A stretch of 64,000 bases of DNA from Balanoglossus misakiensis (GCA_040954595.2 CM082591.2:4740909-4804908), one strand, 5' to 3'. Numbered from the stretch's first letter, positions 13,484 to 25,905 are shown. The notes: a model not told the origin generated them from the sequence alone. Made by a program: numbers and translations.

Positions 13484-16400
13484 ATGTCACAGTACAGCGA
13501 AGACAACGTGGCCTCTCCCGGTACGGACTCCTTCTGGGAGATCGGAAACTACAAGAAGACCGTCAAGAGGATCGACGACGGCAACAAATTATGCAACGAT
13601 CTCATGGCTATGATCCAGGAGAGGAGTGAGATCGAAAAGGGCTACGCGAAACATTTGAAACAGTGGGCGAAGAAATGGAATGATCTTCTGGATAAAGGTG
13701 AGGAGAGAAAATGGTTGGAAATCTTGGTGCATTGCTTTGATTGACAACAAGAGCCTGAATGTTTGAGGTTTGAAATGATCCCTTGACCATAGAGGGCGCT
13801 GTTTAGTCGAATCTATTTCCAGCAACCCCCCTAGTAAATACCCTGGACAAATTTTCTAGTCCAAATTTTCATCGTCAGTGCATTACACAATGCTGGTATT
13901 ACAAACCGCATCATTGTTGAACAGGAATGCATTTTAGTATATGAATTTTTGTGTCATTTATTTCACATGTATTTTCCTTTTATTATGTTATGGAGTCTAA
14001 TATTTTCCTTGCACTCCCTCCTCCCAGGTCCAGAGTATGGAACCATGGCATCAGCCTGGAAAGCCGTGTTGACAGAAGCCGACAGAAAGTGCGACATCCA
14101 TCTAGAAGTGAGAGAAAAACTGGTGACGGACGTCCACCAGAAGATCAAACTCTGGCAGAAGGACAATTACCACAAGAAGATGCTCAGTTTTAAGGAAACT
14201 GTGGAAGCTGAAGAAGGATTCAAGAAGGTATTGATTTCATCATGTGATTTGTTGAGTGTTTTTCAGCTAGTGTTTCCTCCAGGGGGCGATTTCCCCCTTT
14301 GATGACCTGATTGCACCCCTAGCAATCAGCCAAGGGGAGGGGGGGGGGGACCAGTGCCTCCTGAAAATGGTGCCAGTCATGGACCACTACGCAATGCATG
14401 ATGGTATAATTTGCGTTCAACATAGCGTCTAGTACATGGCTAATTCACGCGATCCAGATGCAAACTGTCCCACAACTCCCTGCGTTATTCTATCTGGGAA
14501 GTGGTCTATGGTAATACATAGTCCAAATGATATCAAATTTAGTACTCTTTAGTAAATAAATTATGTGAATGAATATTTTCTTTCGTGTATTCTTTGTAGG
14601 CACAAAAACCATGGACCAAGTTACTCGTCAAAGTGAATTCCACAAAAAAATCGTTTCATAACTCATGCAAGCTTGAGAAGTCGGCCATCAATGGAGAAAA
14701 CAACGCCAAAGAAGACCCATCGTTATCACCGGACCATGTAAGTGCCACCCTTTGACCCCCATTTCCCTGTGTAAGGGTCCAGTATTGCTATTGAAAACAA
14801 TGGAGTTGGACCAAACCATTGCAGTGGGAGGGTAAACGATGTAATGTTCTCAGGGGTTTAACTGTACTGTTTTATTTGTCCCCCACTAACAGGTAAAGAA
14901 ACTGCACGACAAGGTAGACAAATGCAAACACGACAAGATCAAAGCGAAAGAGAAATATGAGAAGGCACTGTCGGAACTTACAAACTACAATGCACGCTAC
15001 ATGGAAGACATGACGGCCCAGTTCAACAAGACGCAGGAATTTGAAGAGAAAAGACTCAGTTTCTTCAAGGAAGTGTTGTCAGATTTACACGCGCGGCTAG
15101 ATCTATCGACTCAAGCAAAGTAAGTTATTAACCAAACCGAATTTTCCCTCCAAATTTTTTGTTCATCAGTAACATCTACCGTCAAGACAGAAAAAAATGA
15201 AGATAGGCAGGGTTCTGCCCAAGTTGACTTCAGTGCTGGCTACTCATTAATATTAATGCTCATGAATATTCATACTCATGAATATTCATGTTGTTGCAAG
15301 TTATACCCATTCATCAACGTATCAAGATGGGACAATAGACTGGATTTGTTTTTGCTAGCTTTTTCACTTGAGGGGGCCGGTCAGGCAGACCAGCATGGAG
15401 AGATCCCAGACTGTGTTCAATATGCAGACACAGAAAAGACACAGAGAGGGTGGATTTTGTCAATCATGGTGTTTTTTTTTCTACCAGTTTTACGCAGGTG
15501 TACCGCGACTTCATACAGACTGTCCAGAACGCAGACGCTGACAAAGATTTGAAATGGTGGAAGAACACGCACGGCACTGGAATGGCGATGAATTGGCCGT
15601 CGTTTGAGGTAAGAGAGATTTCCTATACGATAGGCCGGCAAACTGTGTCACTAGTTTACTGTAAAACGGATTATTTTCGCGAGCAATAATTTTTCGCAAA
15701 ATACGTGAAAATAAAAAGCCGTGTAAAAATGGTTTTCAGAGATAACGATGCAGTGAAATACGAGAATTAATCCTCGCGTAACAGTTGGCTCTATCGCAAT
15801 CGCAAAAATTTCCTGTTGCAAAAATAACCCGTTTTACAGTATCTATGCAATGATAAGAACAAATGCTGACAATGAGTTCAACATGATTCACACTTTGGAA
15901 ATGAATTTGGCATGACTGATTTGGCCGTTATCCGTGAAAACTGTTTCACAAATTCCTGACCTCTCAGGAACCTGTGACGCCAATGTTCTCCCCAGATAAT
16001 CAGGAAGAAAACAATAGGAACTCATTATCATAACAATTATATGCATTGTTATGCAAATACTATATCTATTGTTGTCCAACCCACAGGAGTACTCTGAAGA
16101 GCTCCACTCGATCAGTTCCAAGAGGAGAGGCAAGGGCAACATCGGCGGCGGCGACGAAGTCATGCTGACCAACGCCTCGTTCAAGGGCAACTCGGAGTTC
16201 TCGGCGCACAGTGGCAGCGCGAACGATCCTGTTGTCCAACCAGTGGACAGGTGAGTTGGTGGTGTGGAGTTATGGACTTTGCAGGAAAGCGATTGGCCGG
16301 GGAAAGTATGTTTGGAAAGGAGGATTGGACAACCTTCCATGTAGTGGAATTTGAAAAGATGGATGGAGTTAATGATGGCTGCCTTATGCGCATCTTTCGG

Positions 16401-18522
16401 TGTTCAAAGCTTGGAATAGTTGTACGCTTCAATTCAAAACCAAAATACGTAAATAAAAATAAAAATGCTTGTATACATGAATAAAAAATACATGCATTCC
16501 AAAATATGTATGTATAATATGAAAAAATGTACATGTATAATAAAATATAATAAAAGTACTGTATTCCAAGCATTGATACACCCCTGATCTATCCCCTGCA
16601 GAACATTTTCTACAAACCACTGCTGGTAAATATTTTGATATTCCTACCTTTTGGCAGCTGCATTCCTTTCTATCTGTAACTGACCGTTCAACCTGGCTCC
16701 GGTCATAGGTCAGGTTGCAAAGGGCAGTGGCTTAAAGCAAAGTATAGTTCAATGCGTTTTGCGTTAAAAAAATTGACAAAGCCAGCTGTAGATGTCTGTT
16801 CTGGTAATTTCCGCGTCTTTCTCAATTTCTGACTTTGTGTGCAATTCTCCCTTCCAGTGAAAACATGCATGATATGAAATTTGTGAAAATCTACTAGTAG
16901 ATTATTTTTTCTCCTGAGCAGCTGATGGTAGACATATCTTCTATTGTACCAAGTACTTATTTTCAAAAGCATAAGAATTGGGTCATACGCAAACCGTATA
17001 CGCATACAATATGTTATAACAGAGAGAGAGTTACTAAATTTCTTACAAATCATACAATGAAAGGTCTCTGTTGCTTTGCACGGCGTCACAGTTTCATGTT
17101 AGCATGGGTTGGTGAAACACTCAATCTCACGGTCGCATTTTTCATTGTGTAACTATCGGGTTTCATTTCAGTTCAAGCATGTGTTCACGATATCTCACCT
17201 GCCACTTTTCTGTTCAATTTCCATTTTTCCATTAACACCCTCCATGCTGTGTATGTACATATGTGCGTGTGCGTCTGTACCTCCGTCGTCACAGCGGGTA
17301 CCAGTCCTCGTCGCAAAGTCAGAGCCGCTTCAATGACTATATAGCCTACACACAAACCTTCAGCCAGTCATCGCCCGAACCAGATAATGCTCCAAGGTCA
17401 GTTGTTATCTCCCTTGAAACAAGGTGCAAGTTTGCGTTGTGGCACTTGCATGCTAGCATGCGAGTAGCATTCCACTAGCATGCAAGTAGCATGCAGGTAG
17501 CTTGCTGTTAGCATTCGAGTAGCATTCGCTAGCATTCTGCTAGCATGCAAGTAGCATGCAGATAGCTTGCTGCTAGCATTCGAGTAGCATTCACTAGCAT
17601 TCTGCTAGCATGCAAGTAGTATTCCACTAGCATGCTAGTAGCATTCTACTAGCATTCAGATAGCTTGCTGCTAGCATGCAAGTATCTGACACTAATATGT
17701 AACCAACCAAACAACCAGCATGCACAGTCCTGTGCTGTGCTTGCCTGCAACATATCTTCCATGTAGTGTTTACTCAAGTGCGTATTGTGTGTATGGTGCT
17801 TGTCGTGTAGTCTGTCTGCATACATTGCTGATGTTATGTGTCAATATCAACATTTCCTTTATAAGGTGGTGGCCTAGTAAATTCATTGACATACCAAGAC
17901 CAAAACATTCCCTATCCATCTTCTCTAAAGTCATGTAGATAATAACCGGTGTGGGGTAAAAATTACATGCTTGCTATCCGTGTGATTCTGTATTTTACAT
18001 CAAGTTACTCTCAACAGTTCTGTCTGAAATTTATTATATCTACAACGTGTAATTAGATTAACGATGCAGTTAGTGAAATATGAGAACACCAAAATTAATC
18101 GTCGGGTAACAGTTGCCTCTTTTGATATCGCGAATATTTTGGTTTACAGTACTATTGTTTTCTCTGTGCCAATTTTCTTTTGTCGCAATGTAACTTGTTT
18201 TATGGTAGCCATGTTGTGTTGATCATGTGACTGTTTCTATGGCTCTGTACTTTTCCAGGCTGTACAGCTGTTAGACCCAGCAATGGTCAATCAGTGTTTG
18301 TAGTATTAATGTTTGATCCTAATGTTTGTTTCTTCCTTTGCAGTAACATGCAACACGAGGCGGAGTCCAATCCATTCAATGATGAGTGGGACGACCACGA
18401 TGTCGTCGGTGTTCCTGTCAGAGCGCTGTACGATTACGAAGGCGCTGAAGAAGATGAACTCACTTTCAAAGCTGGTAAGATTTAGTGTGTGTTTGTGTTG
18501 TGTGTGCATGCTGGCATCATGC

Positions 18523-18566
<44 letters not shown>

Positions 18567-19093
18567 TCATGCATAGGGGGCTTCATGCATGTGTACTGTA
18601 AAACACTTTATTTTCGCGAGCAATTAATTTTTGCCAAATACGCGAGAGCCAAAATAGCGTGAATATAAAAAGTCACGTAAATTGTTTTTGAGAATAACAA
18701 TGCAGTGAATGAAATAAGAGAACGCGAAAATTAATACTCGCGAGATGGTGGTCTCTCTCGATATCGCGAAAAATTTAACTCGCGAAAATAAAGTGTTGTA
18801 CAGTATGTATGTATTATGTAAATTTTGTCTCTATAGCTGGCTATAAAGCTAAAGTCATGCAGGGTTTACAAAACTGGTCATCTCTAGTGAGAATTTACAT
18901 GCGAAATGGATACAGGTAAATTCCAGAGAAGTCGACCAATGTTTTGAAAACTCTGACAAATTTTTGATTTCGTCCTTTCATTTCAGGTACTGTGTTCACA
19001 AAGCTGGAAGACGAAGATGAACAGGGCTGGTGTAAAGGCAGGATAAACGGAAAAGAGGGCCTGTATCCGGCCAACTACGCGGAGGTCGTCTAG
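13484..19093 (+). CDS. PACSIN: PACSIN/syndapin (F-BAR, NPF, SH3), 433 aa; 467 aa with the cassette exon
   Basis: Coding exons 13484-13697, 14028-14227, 14600-14737, 14893-15119, 15488-15608, 16087-16250, 18344-18474, 18987-19093 (TAG) total 1302 nt, all GT-AG and in phase. Diagnostic peptides: [86 protein letters not shown]. Confidence 0.96.
14747..14835. mobile_element. Diverged copy of the ~90-bp MITE family
   Basis: ACCCTTTGACCCCC...GGGTCCA...AACAATGGAGTTGGACCAAACCAT...GAGGGTAA is similar to 6977-7066. Confidence 0.6.
15657..15841. mobile_element. TA-flanked Tc1/mariner-type MITE
   Basis: TA-CTGTAAAACGG...CCGTTTTACAG-TA terminal inverted repeats; homologous to 18594-18805 and 18055-18151. 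Confidence 0.75.
17295..17396 (+). CDS. Probable alternative cassette exon in the PACSIN linker (34 aa, [33 protein letters not shown])
   Basis: Acceptor GTCACAG| and donor AAG|GTCAGT. It is 102 nt, phase 2-2 symmetric, matches the flanking exon phases, has no stop codon and is Ser/Gln-rich like a linker. Confidence 0.65.
17447..17683. repeat. Degenerate ~11-bp minisatellite (TAGCATKCNNN) rich in GCATG
   Basis: Units such as tagcatgcaag, tagcattcgag and tagcattccac repeat about 20 times just downstream of the cassette exon donor. Confidence 0.85.
18055..18151. mobile_element. 3' fragment of the same TA-MITE family
   Basis: TAACGATGCAGT...AAATTAATC...TAACAGTTG...ATCGCGAA...TTTACAGTA matches the right halves of the 15657 and 18594 copies. 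Confidence 0.6.
18525..18564. repeat. (GT)n microsatellite
   Basis: Directly visible; a shorter (TG)n lies at 11531-11555. Confidence 0.95.
18594..18805. mobile_element. TA-flanked Tc1/mariner-type MITE (same family as 15657)
   Basis: TA-CTGTAAAACACTTTATTTTCGCGAG...CTCGCGAAAATAAAGTGTTGTACAG-TA, a near-perfect ~25-bp TIR. Confidence 0.78.
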
Positions 19094-19456
19094 TCTAGCG
19101 CCTGTCCCCTGTAGCACACTGCACCAGTCTGCACTCTCAAACGCCTATGAACTTGTGTCAGGGTTTCTCACAAGATACACACCCTCCCCTTATAATCAGT
19201 GAAAGCAGCCCTTGTGTGTACATGACAATGAACAGGAATTTGATCAATTGTATAATTATGATACACTTTATGCTTATGCTCTGCCGCAAGAATAAGACAA
19301 TTACTGCTACCTCATCTTTATCCCACTTTGCACTCTTTGTCTGTCTGCCTGTCTCGCATACTAATACACCAACAAAATCTTGTACACAAAAATACATGCA
19401 TGCATGCATACATATTATGTACATACGCATACATGCTCACACATGTACATGTGTAG

Positions 19457-19525
19457 TTACATACATACATACATACATACATACACACACACATACATAC
19501 ACACACACATACATACACACACACA
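19457..19525. repeat. (CATA)n/(CA)n compound microsatellite in the PACSIN 3' UTR
   Basis: Directly visible in the sequence. Confidence 0.9.
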
Positions 19526-21100
19526 TAATGTAGATATGTACATTCACATTTGCAAGGGTTGAACCCTCTGTCTTGTAATTTCCAAAACAAACAGAAGTGT
19601 CTTGGAAGAAACTCTGATCGCAGGGTTTTAGTGGCAGACCCAACATTTCAGACCACGATGGTTACTCATCAACAAATAATAGGGAAGTTTACTGGATGTG
19701 ATTCTAGTTTTCATTATATTTTTTTTCTACCGTAAGTTCCCTTTTATGTGTGTCGATAACAATCATAGACCCAGCATAGATTGAAAATAATACTCTCACA
19801 ATTTAACTCTTTCTATGTAATAATTCCTGAAAGATTCATATTTATTTTTGTGCTGCTGGTTTTGTTTTTTGTGAAATCATTGTTGTAAGATCAGAGAAGA
19901 AAACCCATTTACTTAAAAATATAAGGTACACAAATATTTTTTTTTAATTGACGGAAAATTCTTTAATCAGGGGTTATTACAGATATTAGATAGAAAATAG
20001 AGTAGGATATTATGTTATTGAGATGTCTATATTAAATGACATCAAAGTGTAACAAATATTTTATTATGTTACTCTATACTTATGCAATAATTAATGATTG
20101 CCAATTTTTGGGTGAATTTATTGTCTTCTCTGTTGTCGGTAGCCCCCACCCCTTTGTTGAAAATATTGTTTTACTCGCATAGAGTTTGATGGTGGACTAT
20201 TCCATCTTAGGGGAGGAGAGGAGGGGTGTTTTTGCAGTTCTTTGAACAGGGGAGACGGGTGTTCCAGTATTTAATAAGACATGTATGTATATGTATGAAA
20301 ATAGTATTTTGAAACTGAGGTGTGATAATAATAATGACGAAAAAGTAATTTGGTGGAAGAATTTTTTTAGAGGAAAAGCAGAAAATTAAAAAAAATTAAA
20401 ATGATGGACTGTCATTTATGCAAAGGTTACATTAACTTAAACAGTTGTCAAATTTGCTGTTTTAGTTGGTTCCAGAAACGTCGTGATAGGGAGTCTTATT
20501 CAAATCGTTGTCTGGAGGTACGTTTTGTATGTTGTGACCTAGGGGGACAATATAGATTGGTTTCCATAGGAACCCTCAAGCAACAGTGAATTGATTAACA
20601 TAACAAATTTAAATTGCCAACGTATGGAAAGATTTCTTGTAGTTTGACAGAGTGCAAATTTTATTTGTTCAACAGAAACTCGCATTTCAAAATTATGTTA
20701 TCCGATGCTCATGTTTTGTATCCCAAATATATCCAAGTTTTCCCAGTGGTCCTTATTTACATATCAGTGCTATTCTTGTGGAGTCCTGTAGTTTTCAGTC
20801 TAACCTGAGGGTCTTTATATCAGTGTACAAGCCTGAAGGAGTACGTGTACTCCCCAAGTTTTCAGGAAAAAAGTTAAATCACTACATTGTATTGAGATGC
20901 TCTTTTTGACTGTCGCTTTGCATAGACATGAGTAGGTGAATTCAGAAATAGTCTGCAACCAACGTAAGGAATGTTCACAGGACTCCAAGATGAAAGCCTG
21001 GTTGTATAGAGATGTATCTACAGTATTCTCATCTTGGTTTGTGGTTTCAATGAATTCCGTGGAAAGTTCGCCTTGTACGTATGCAAATACTTTCACCAGT

Positions 21101-21106
21101 AATAAA
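21101..21106 (+). other. Candidate poly(A) signal of PACSIN (~2 kb 3' UTR)
   Basis: AATAAA followed by T-rich sequence at the end of the AT-rich region downstream of the stop codon. Confidence 0.45.
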
Positions 21107-22027
21107 TATACATAATTATTTAATTTTCATTATTGTCGTCAGTTTTCTTCGATTTCCGCTACGATGAATGTGGAAATTCCGGGACATTGGCCATTGAGGG
21201 CAGCAGTCACTAGATCATGTACGCCACCAGCGGTCCTATCTGCCATTTTACTTCGCTTGAAGACGCGAGCGTATGATTGCGCCGCGTACGTCTACCAAGA
21301 AAGTAATCCCAGGTTGCATACCTTCTTAGTACGTCTTAATGTTCAGACAGCTCCGGTAAGATTCTCTTTATACAAGTTGTAAAGTATTTGCAAAATTTAA
21401 CCAAACCACAGAGTTTTTGTGCAGTTAAACATAGTAGTTTTGGTTGAAAAAAAAACTGCGAGGTAGAGAGCCATCATTACGGGTTTCCCAACCTGGTTTT
21501 AGAGGTGAAGTCTGCTCACATGGAAGCCTGCAAGTGTTTCGCGCGGGATTCTCTCAATTAGGGAAGAACCATTTGATTTCTGGAGGGGGTGGAGGAATTA
21601 GGTATGTCAACATATTTTCCCCAACTGTTACAGTAATCGTTTCGATTGCCTGCAGCTGTCCAGTGAACTTTTCCGTCAAGGCATTGTAGAAGCGATTTTT
21701 CGTCTGCGCGCACCATCTACATGTACCAACAACCCCCCATCTATATTGCGCAACCTATACATATGGCAGAATCTCAGCGCTAACAATGTGTATTTTTTTT
21801 ACAAGTTACCCGAGGCCTATGAAGTTTATGATGCTGGACATGCATACACTACAACAGCCTTTACACCAATTCCCAAGACTGTGCCAAGCCAACACCTGTG
21901 TTGAAGAATAAACAGTCTACTGTCTATGGTTGAAGGTATGTCGTTCACAGCTGGATGGTACATCCACACACATGTTTATTGTGTCTGGCAGTCGATAATT
22001 ACGTTAGCTCTGCTGGGGGTCAGTGAC

Positions 22028-22109
22028 TAGCTCTGCGTAAAGGTTTGTGTGCTCCCGGTGTTACACGGCCGTGTAACACCGGGAGCGCATAGACCTTTAC
22101 GCAGGGTTG
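22028..22109. mobile_element. 82-bp fold-back element with 9-bp target site duplication
   Basis: Near-perfect palindrome centred on TTACACGG|CCGTGTAA, flanked by GTCAGTGAC at 22019-22027 and 22110-22118. Confidence 0.75.
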
Positions 22110-24907
22110 GTCAGTGACATGCTTGGGGAATCTTTTCGAGGCCTGTTTTTGATAGCCCAGGGTATGTTTAGAATAGAACCGCGGTTTGGGACGCAATAAC
22201 CACTGCAGCGCCAACTAGCAACTGCAAGGTACACGCCCTGGACAAGGACTTCAATGTAACCGGGGTAACAGCGACAGTCGCTCGCGTGCGTGTGTATAGG
22301 AATCGTCGCGACAAAACGCACTCAAGCGGGCGCTCAAGCTGATTAAATGTTCGCCACACATCGTGTGAATACATGCACCAAACCTACTGACATTAAAAAA
22401 AGAAAGAAAAAGGACTATCGCCGTCAGTGGCGTTCTCGCTCTGGTCCCCAGCCCAATGTGGTCCAATCGATATGCATGCAGTAGATACACGAAACAAAAG
22501 TACCATAAAAATATTCCTGTAGTAAAGTAACAACTAATAGAGATTAAGGTTATCCCCAGCGAGCAGTGTGACCTCTTTGTTATAAATAGGGCAATATAGG
22601 TGCGTGGTTTACGAGTGTATTTGTATCGGTTGAGGAGATTACCACATGGTCCATATAAAACCTAGAATAACAAAACTAATTTCCTGAAATTTACAACCAC
22701 ATTGACGAAATTAATTTCCGCCGACTAGGCCACCGTGGTCATGGCTACAGTGAAAGCCATTGTCGACTGGTATTCTCTGTCACGGTCTGCCGCGTACTAA
22801 TAACACGACCGGACGAGATTTTCTGGTTGTCAACTTTAGCCTCGCCATTAAACGCGTTGTTGATATTATCGTGTGTTTGTTTAGTCGTTACTGGCAAAAC
22901 GATATTGAGAAATCGCTTCTATATGCGTATCGCACCAACATGAGCCAGCCGAAGTAAATAAATTTTGCATTTCGCGTCCGCGAGTGAAAAGTTTCAAAAG
23001 TACATTTCTTACTGACAAAAGAAACTTAACCGCACCGAATCTTATGTGTACTGACCTAGTGACCGAATTCTTTTTATGGGTTGTTTTGGTACAAGCACAG
23101 CGTCGGTGGTAAACACTTCATGTTGAAGGGTACTAAGCCCGCGAACAAAACCCCCAGTGACGTCAACATCCGATGTTGACCGATAATGGTTCTGAGAATG
23201 TGAACTTTAAAAAGTGACTGCTCCATCAAGAGTCAAACTAAATGCAGTGTTCGTACCTGTAAGCAGGACATGACGCTCTTCGTTCGATTTTCATGATAGT
23301 TACCACGTGGTATATTTAAGTGAATAAAATACACAGTAACTTGAGATGGTAGCCGACTTGAGGCAAATTCAGTCCAGGTGATTTTTTCACATGTGTGGTT
23401 TTCATTGTACCTTGTGTGACGGTTTGTAATCTAAGCCCATTACAGAGTGGACACATATAATTTGCCAAACAATGGTTATCTTTTTCCGGTTATGAGGTTG
23501 TCTCATGTCTCGTGTAAATGGTGTCGTGAGCTGGGCATTTGAACCTATATTTTGTCGTGGGCGAGACTTGAATAGAGGGGCCAATTGGTCGGAAACGGGC
23601 GCCACCACTCTCTTTTGTTATTACCCCCTCCCCTCCCCGCGGCCAAGGAATTCAACCTCCCGAAAACTTTCCTTTCAAGTCACCAGCCAACAAAGAAAAA
23701 AACCTAAAATCTGCCCCTGGTATGTATCGGCATCTGCTTCCGGTATTGAAGAGAATGTGTCCGCTACGTGTGCGCCTATTCCATATGTCGAAATGAATAG
23801 ACATTAGCATATAAGAGGTGTGACACGTGTTAATTAAGCGACGAAGCCCCCAGCAACTCTTCTATTGTCTATTTTTATCCCAGTTCTTCACTATCATCAC
23901 GTCATCTGGCCATGTGACCCACGGCATTGTCATTTCCAGGTGACGGGCAAACAATATTACGGCATCCAGTAAAAGTTTTTCCGTTGATGTTTTTACTTTT
24001 AGAACCGACAGACACGTATAACATGTATCAGGCATGGTGCCTCATCAGCCTCGTGGCGTTTCGTCTGCACGGTCGTCATGGTCACCCTATGTTTGGTTGT
24101 ACGCATTGAGGTTAAAAAAAACCCCGAAGGACTTCAAAATTCTATGGGTGTCAATTTATGCGGGAGGAAGTGTAAACATTCACACAATGCGGGATTGGGA
24201 CGCCATCGTTTACGGTTTAGCACATGCTACTTGAAAATTAGCCGTTTTAAGGTTGTTTGCACATCCGTTTCAACAAACGACTGCTGGTGGAATCGTGACG
24301 ACATATTCCGGAGATTTGATAACTAAATAAATTCGGTAAAAAGTTAATTACCACAAACAAAAGCTCAAATTAAACTGAAATATTCGCGGCCGATATCCTA
24401 TTGATGGTTTGTTCAGATTTTCGTTGTCGCTGTCCCAATCTCTGACGACCAGTATAAGCCAATCCAAACATGGACGTACCACACGGTCCAAGGAACCCAA
24501 TTGAAGATTATATATCATATGTATAGAAATATTCAAACACATTCTGGCGAAACGTACTTCATTGGTAGAAAAGTCTTTCAAAGAGTCTTGTGGGCCAATC
24601 TATAATGATATTTGTGCGCTCTCTTTCTACTTGAAAACTGCGTTCATTGTGGCTACTGATCTTTGAATGTCCATAGTTATCACGTACAAAAAGACACGTA
24701 CACGTTTTGAAGAATGAAGTGCATTCTCCACCAGCTTTCAGACCGGCAGACTGAGTTTTTATCCGCCATGTGCAGGCGCGGCAGGGGCGTCACATCATAA
24801 GATCCGGTTATTGTTTTGCGTCGTGAAATGTCACCTTTACACTAAACACACTTCTGTCCATGGCTATCCTTTCCTTCAGTGTTTATGTTTGGACATTATA
24901 TTGACAC

Positions 24908-25120
24908 TTAGACTAGCCCACTAGTCGCTTGGTTATTTTAAATCTCAATACTTTTTGTGTTTTCGGTGTTTTTTTGTCTTAATAAATAATTTCAATTTTT
25001 TTTGCGTGCATGCTTGCCTTGAGCGTGTTTTTGGTATAGTGAGGTGAGTTTCGAATTTGGGACTGAGCTTGTGGTTTCGGGTAGCGTCCGTTCCCTACAA
25101 ATAATGAAGCCCATAGAGCA
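24908..25120. repeat. Dispersed repeat (copy 2), probably extending to ~25560
   Basis: Same 5' end and body as 1852-2071; related sub-repeats (TTTCGAATT.GGG.CTGAG, AATGAAGCCCAT) recur at 25230-25400. Confidence 0.85.
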
Positions 25121-25662
25121 AGTCTAATTGAAACTGTATTGCGTGCATATAGTCTTTTTGTCTTAATGAATATTCTCAGTACTTTTCGTGTGTTTCCTAG
25201 CTTTGAGCGAGTTTCTGGTGTTGAGTTGCGTTTCGAATTCGGGGCTGAGATCAATGTTTCGGTATGGGCCAACCGGTACGCGTTCACACTCGCCGCGTTT
25301 GCTCCACACACGCTATATAGATAATAGAGAGACTCCGTAAAACATTTTCTGAAAATCAAATGTATTTATTGCGATACAATGAAGCCCATTGACTTGGAGC
25401 AAGTCTATTTGCTTTCCCAAGAATGCGGGCGCTTTGCTATTACAAAAGCACGGGCCAGACGGCATAGAACTACCCTCTTTTAGCGGTTTGTCTTCTGAAT
25501 AGGGGCGTGATCGATGTTCTGTGTTCATTCGCGTGATGGCAGAGCCGGATTTCAGACCCATAAGAACTTTTGTGTTGTGGTGAAAATAGATGTACATGTA
25601 TGCAAGTCCCAGTGCATTTATCTTTGTACTAAGTTTAACGGAACCGGCATAGGAAAGTTTAA

Positions 25663-25856
25663 TTAAAGGCGCACAGTCACGTACAATTTACTCCCTATAC
25701 ATGTGTATAGCCATAAAGGGCGTGTCTACGTGCTCGAATGACCACGTGATGGCGCCCTTTTTTTCGCGTGTGCCACCCACTGAAAATCTGTTGGTTAGAT
25801 CTCATTTTACCATGGTAACTGTAGCTAAATTTGCATAGGTGACTGTATACCTTTAA
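25663..25856. mobile_element. TTAA-flanked MITE (Kolobok- or piggyBac-type)
   Basis: TTAA-AGGCGCACAGTCAC...GTGACTGTATACCT-TTAA; a partial second copy lies at 36985-37086. Confidence 0.7.
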
Positions 25857-25898
25857 AAAGACACAGTGACAATACTGTAGTTGTTCATGTCATAAAAC

Positions 25899-25905
25899 TT
25901 TTATT
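25899..25905 (-). other. Candidate SPDEF poly(A) signal
   Basis: TTTATT on the plus strand (AATAAA on minus) at the far end of the ~1.9-kb AT-rich region below the SPDEF stop codon. Confidence 0.4.
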
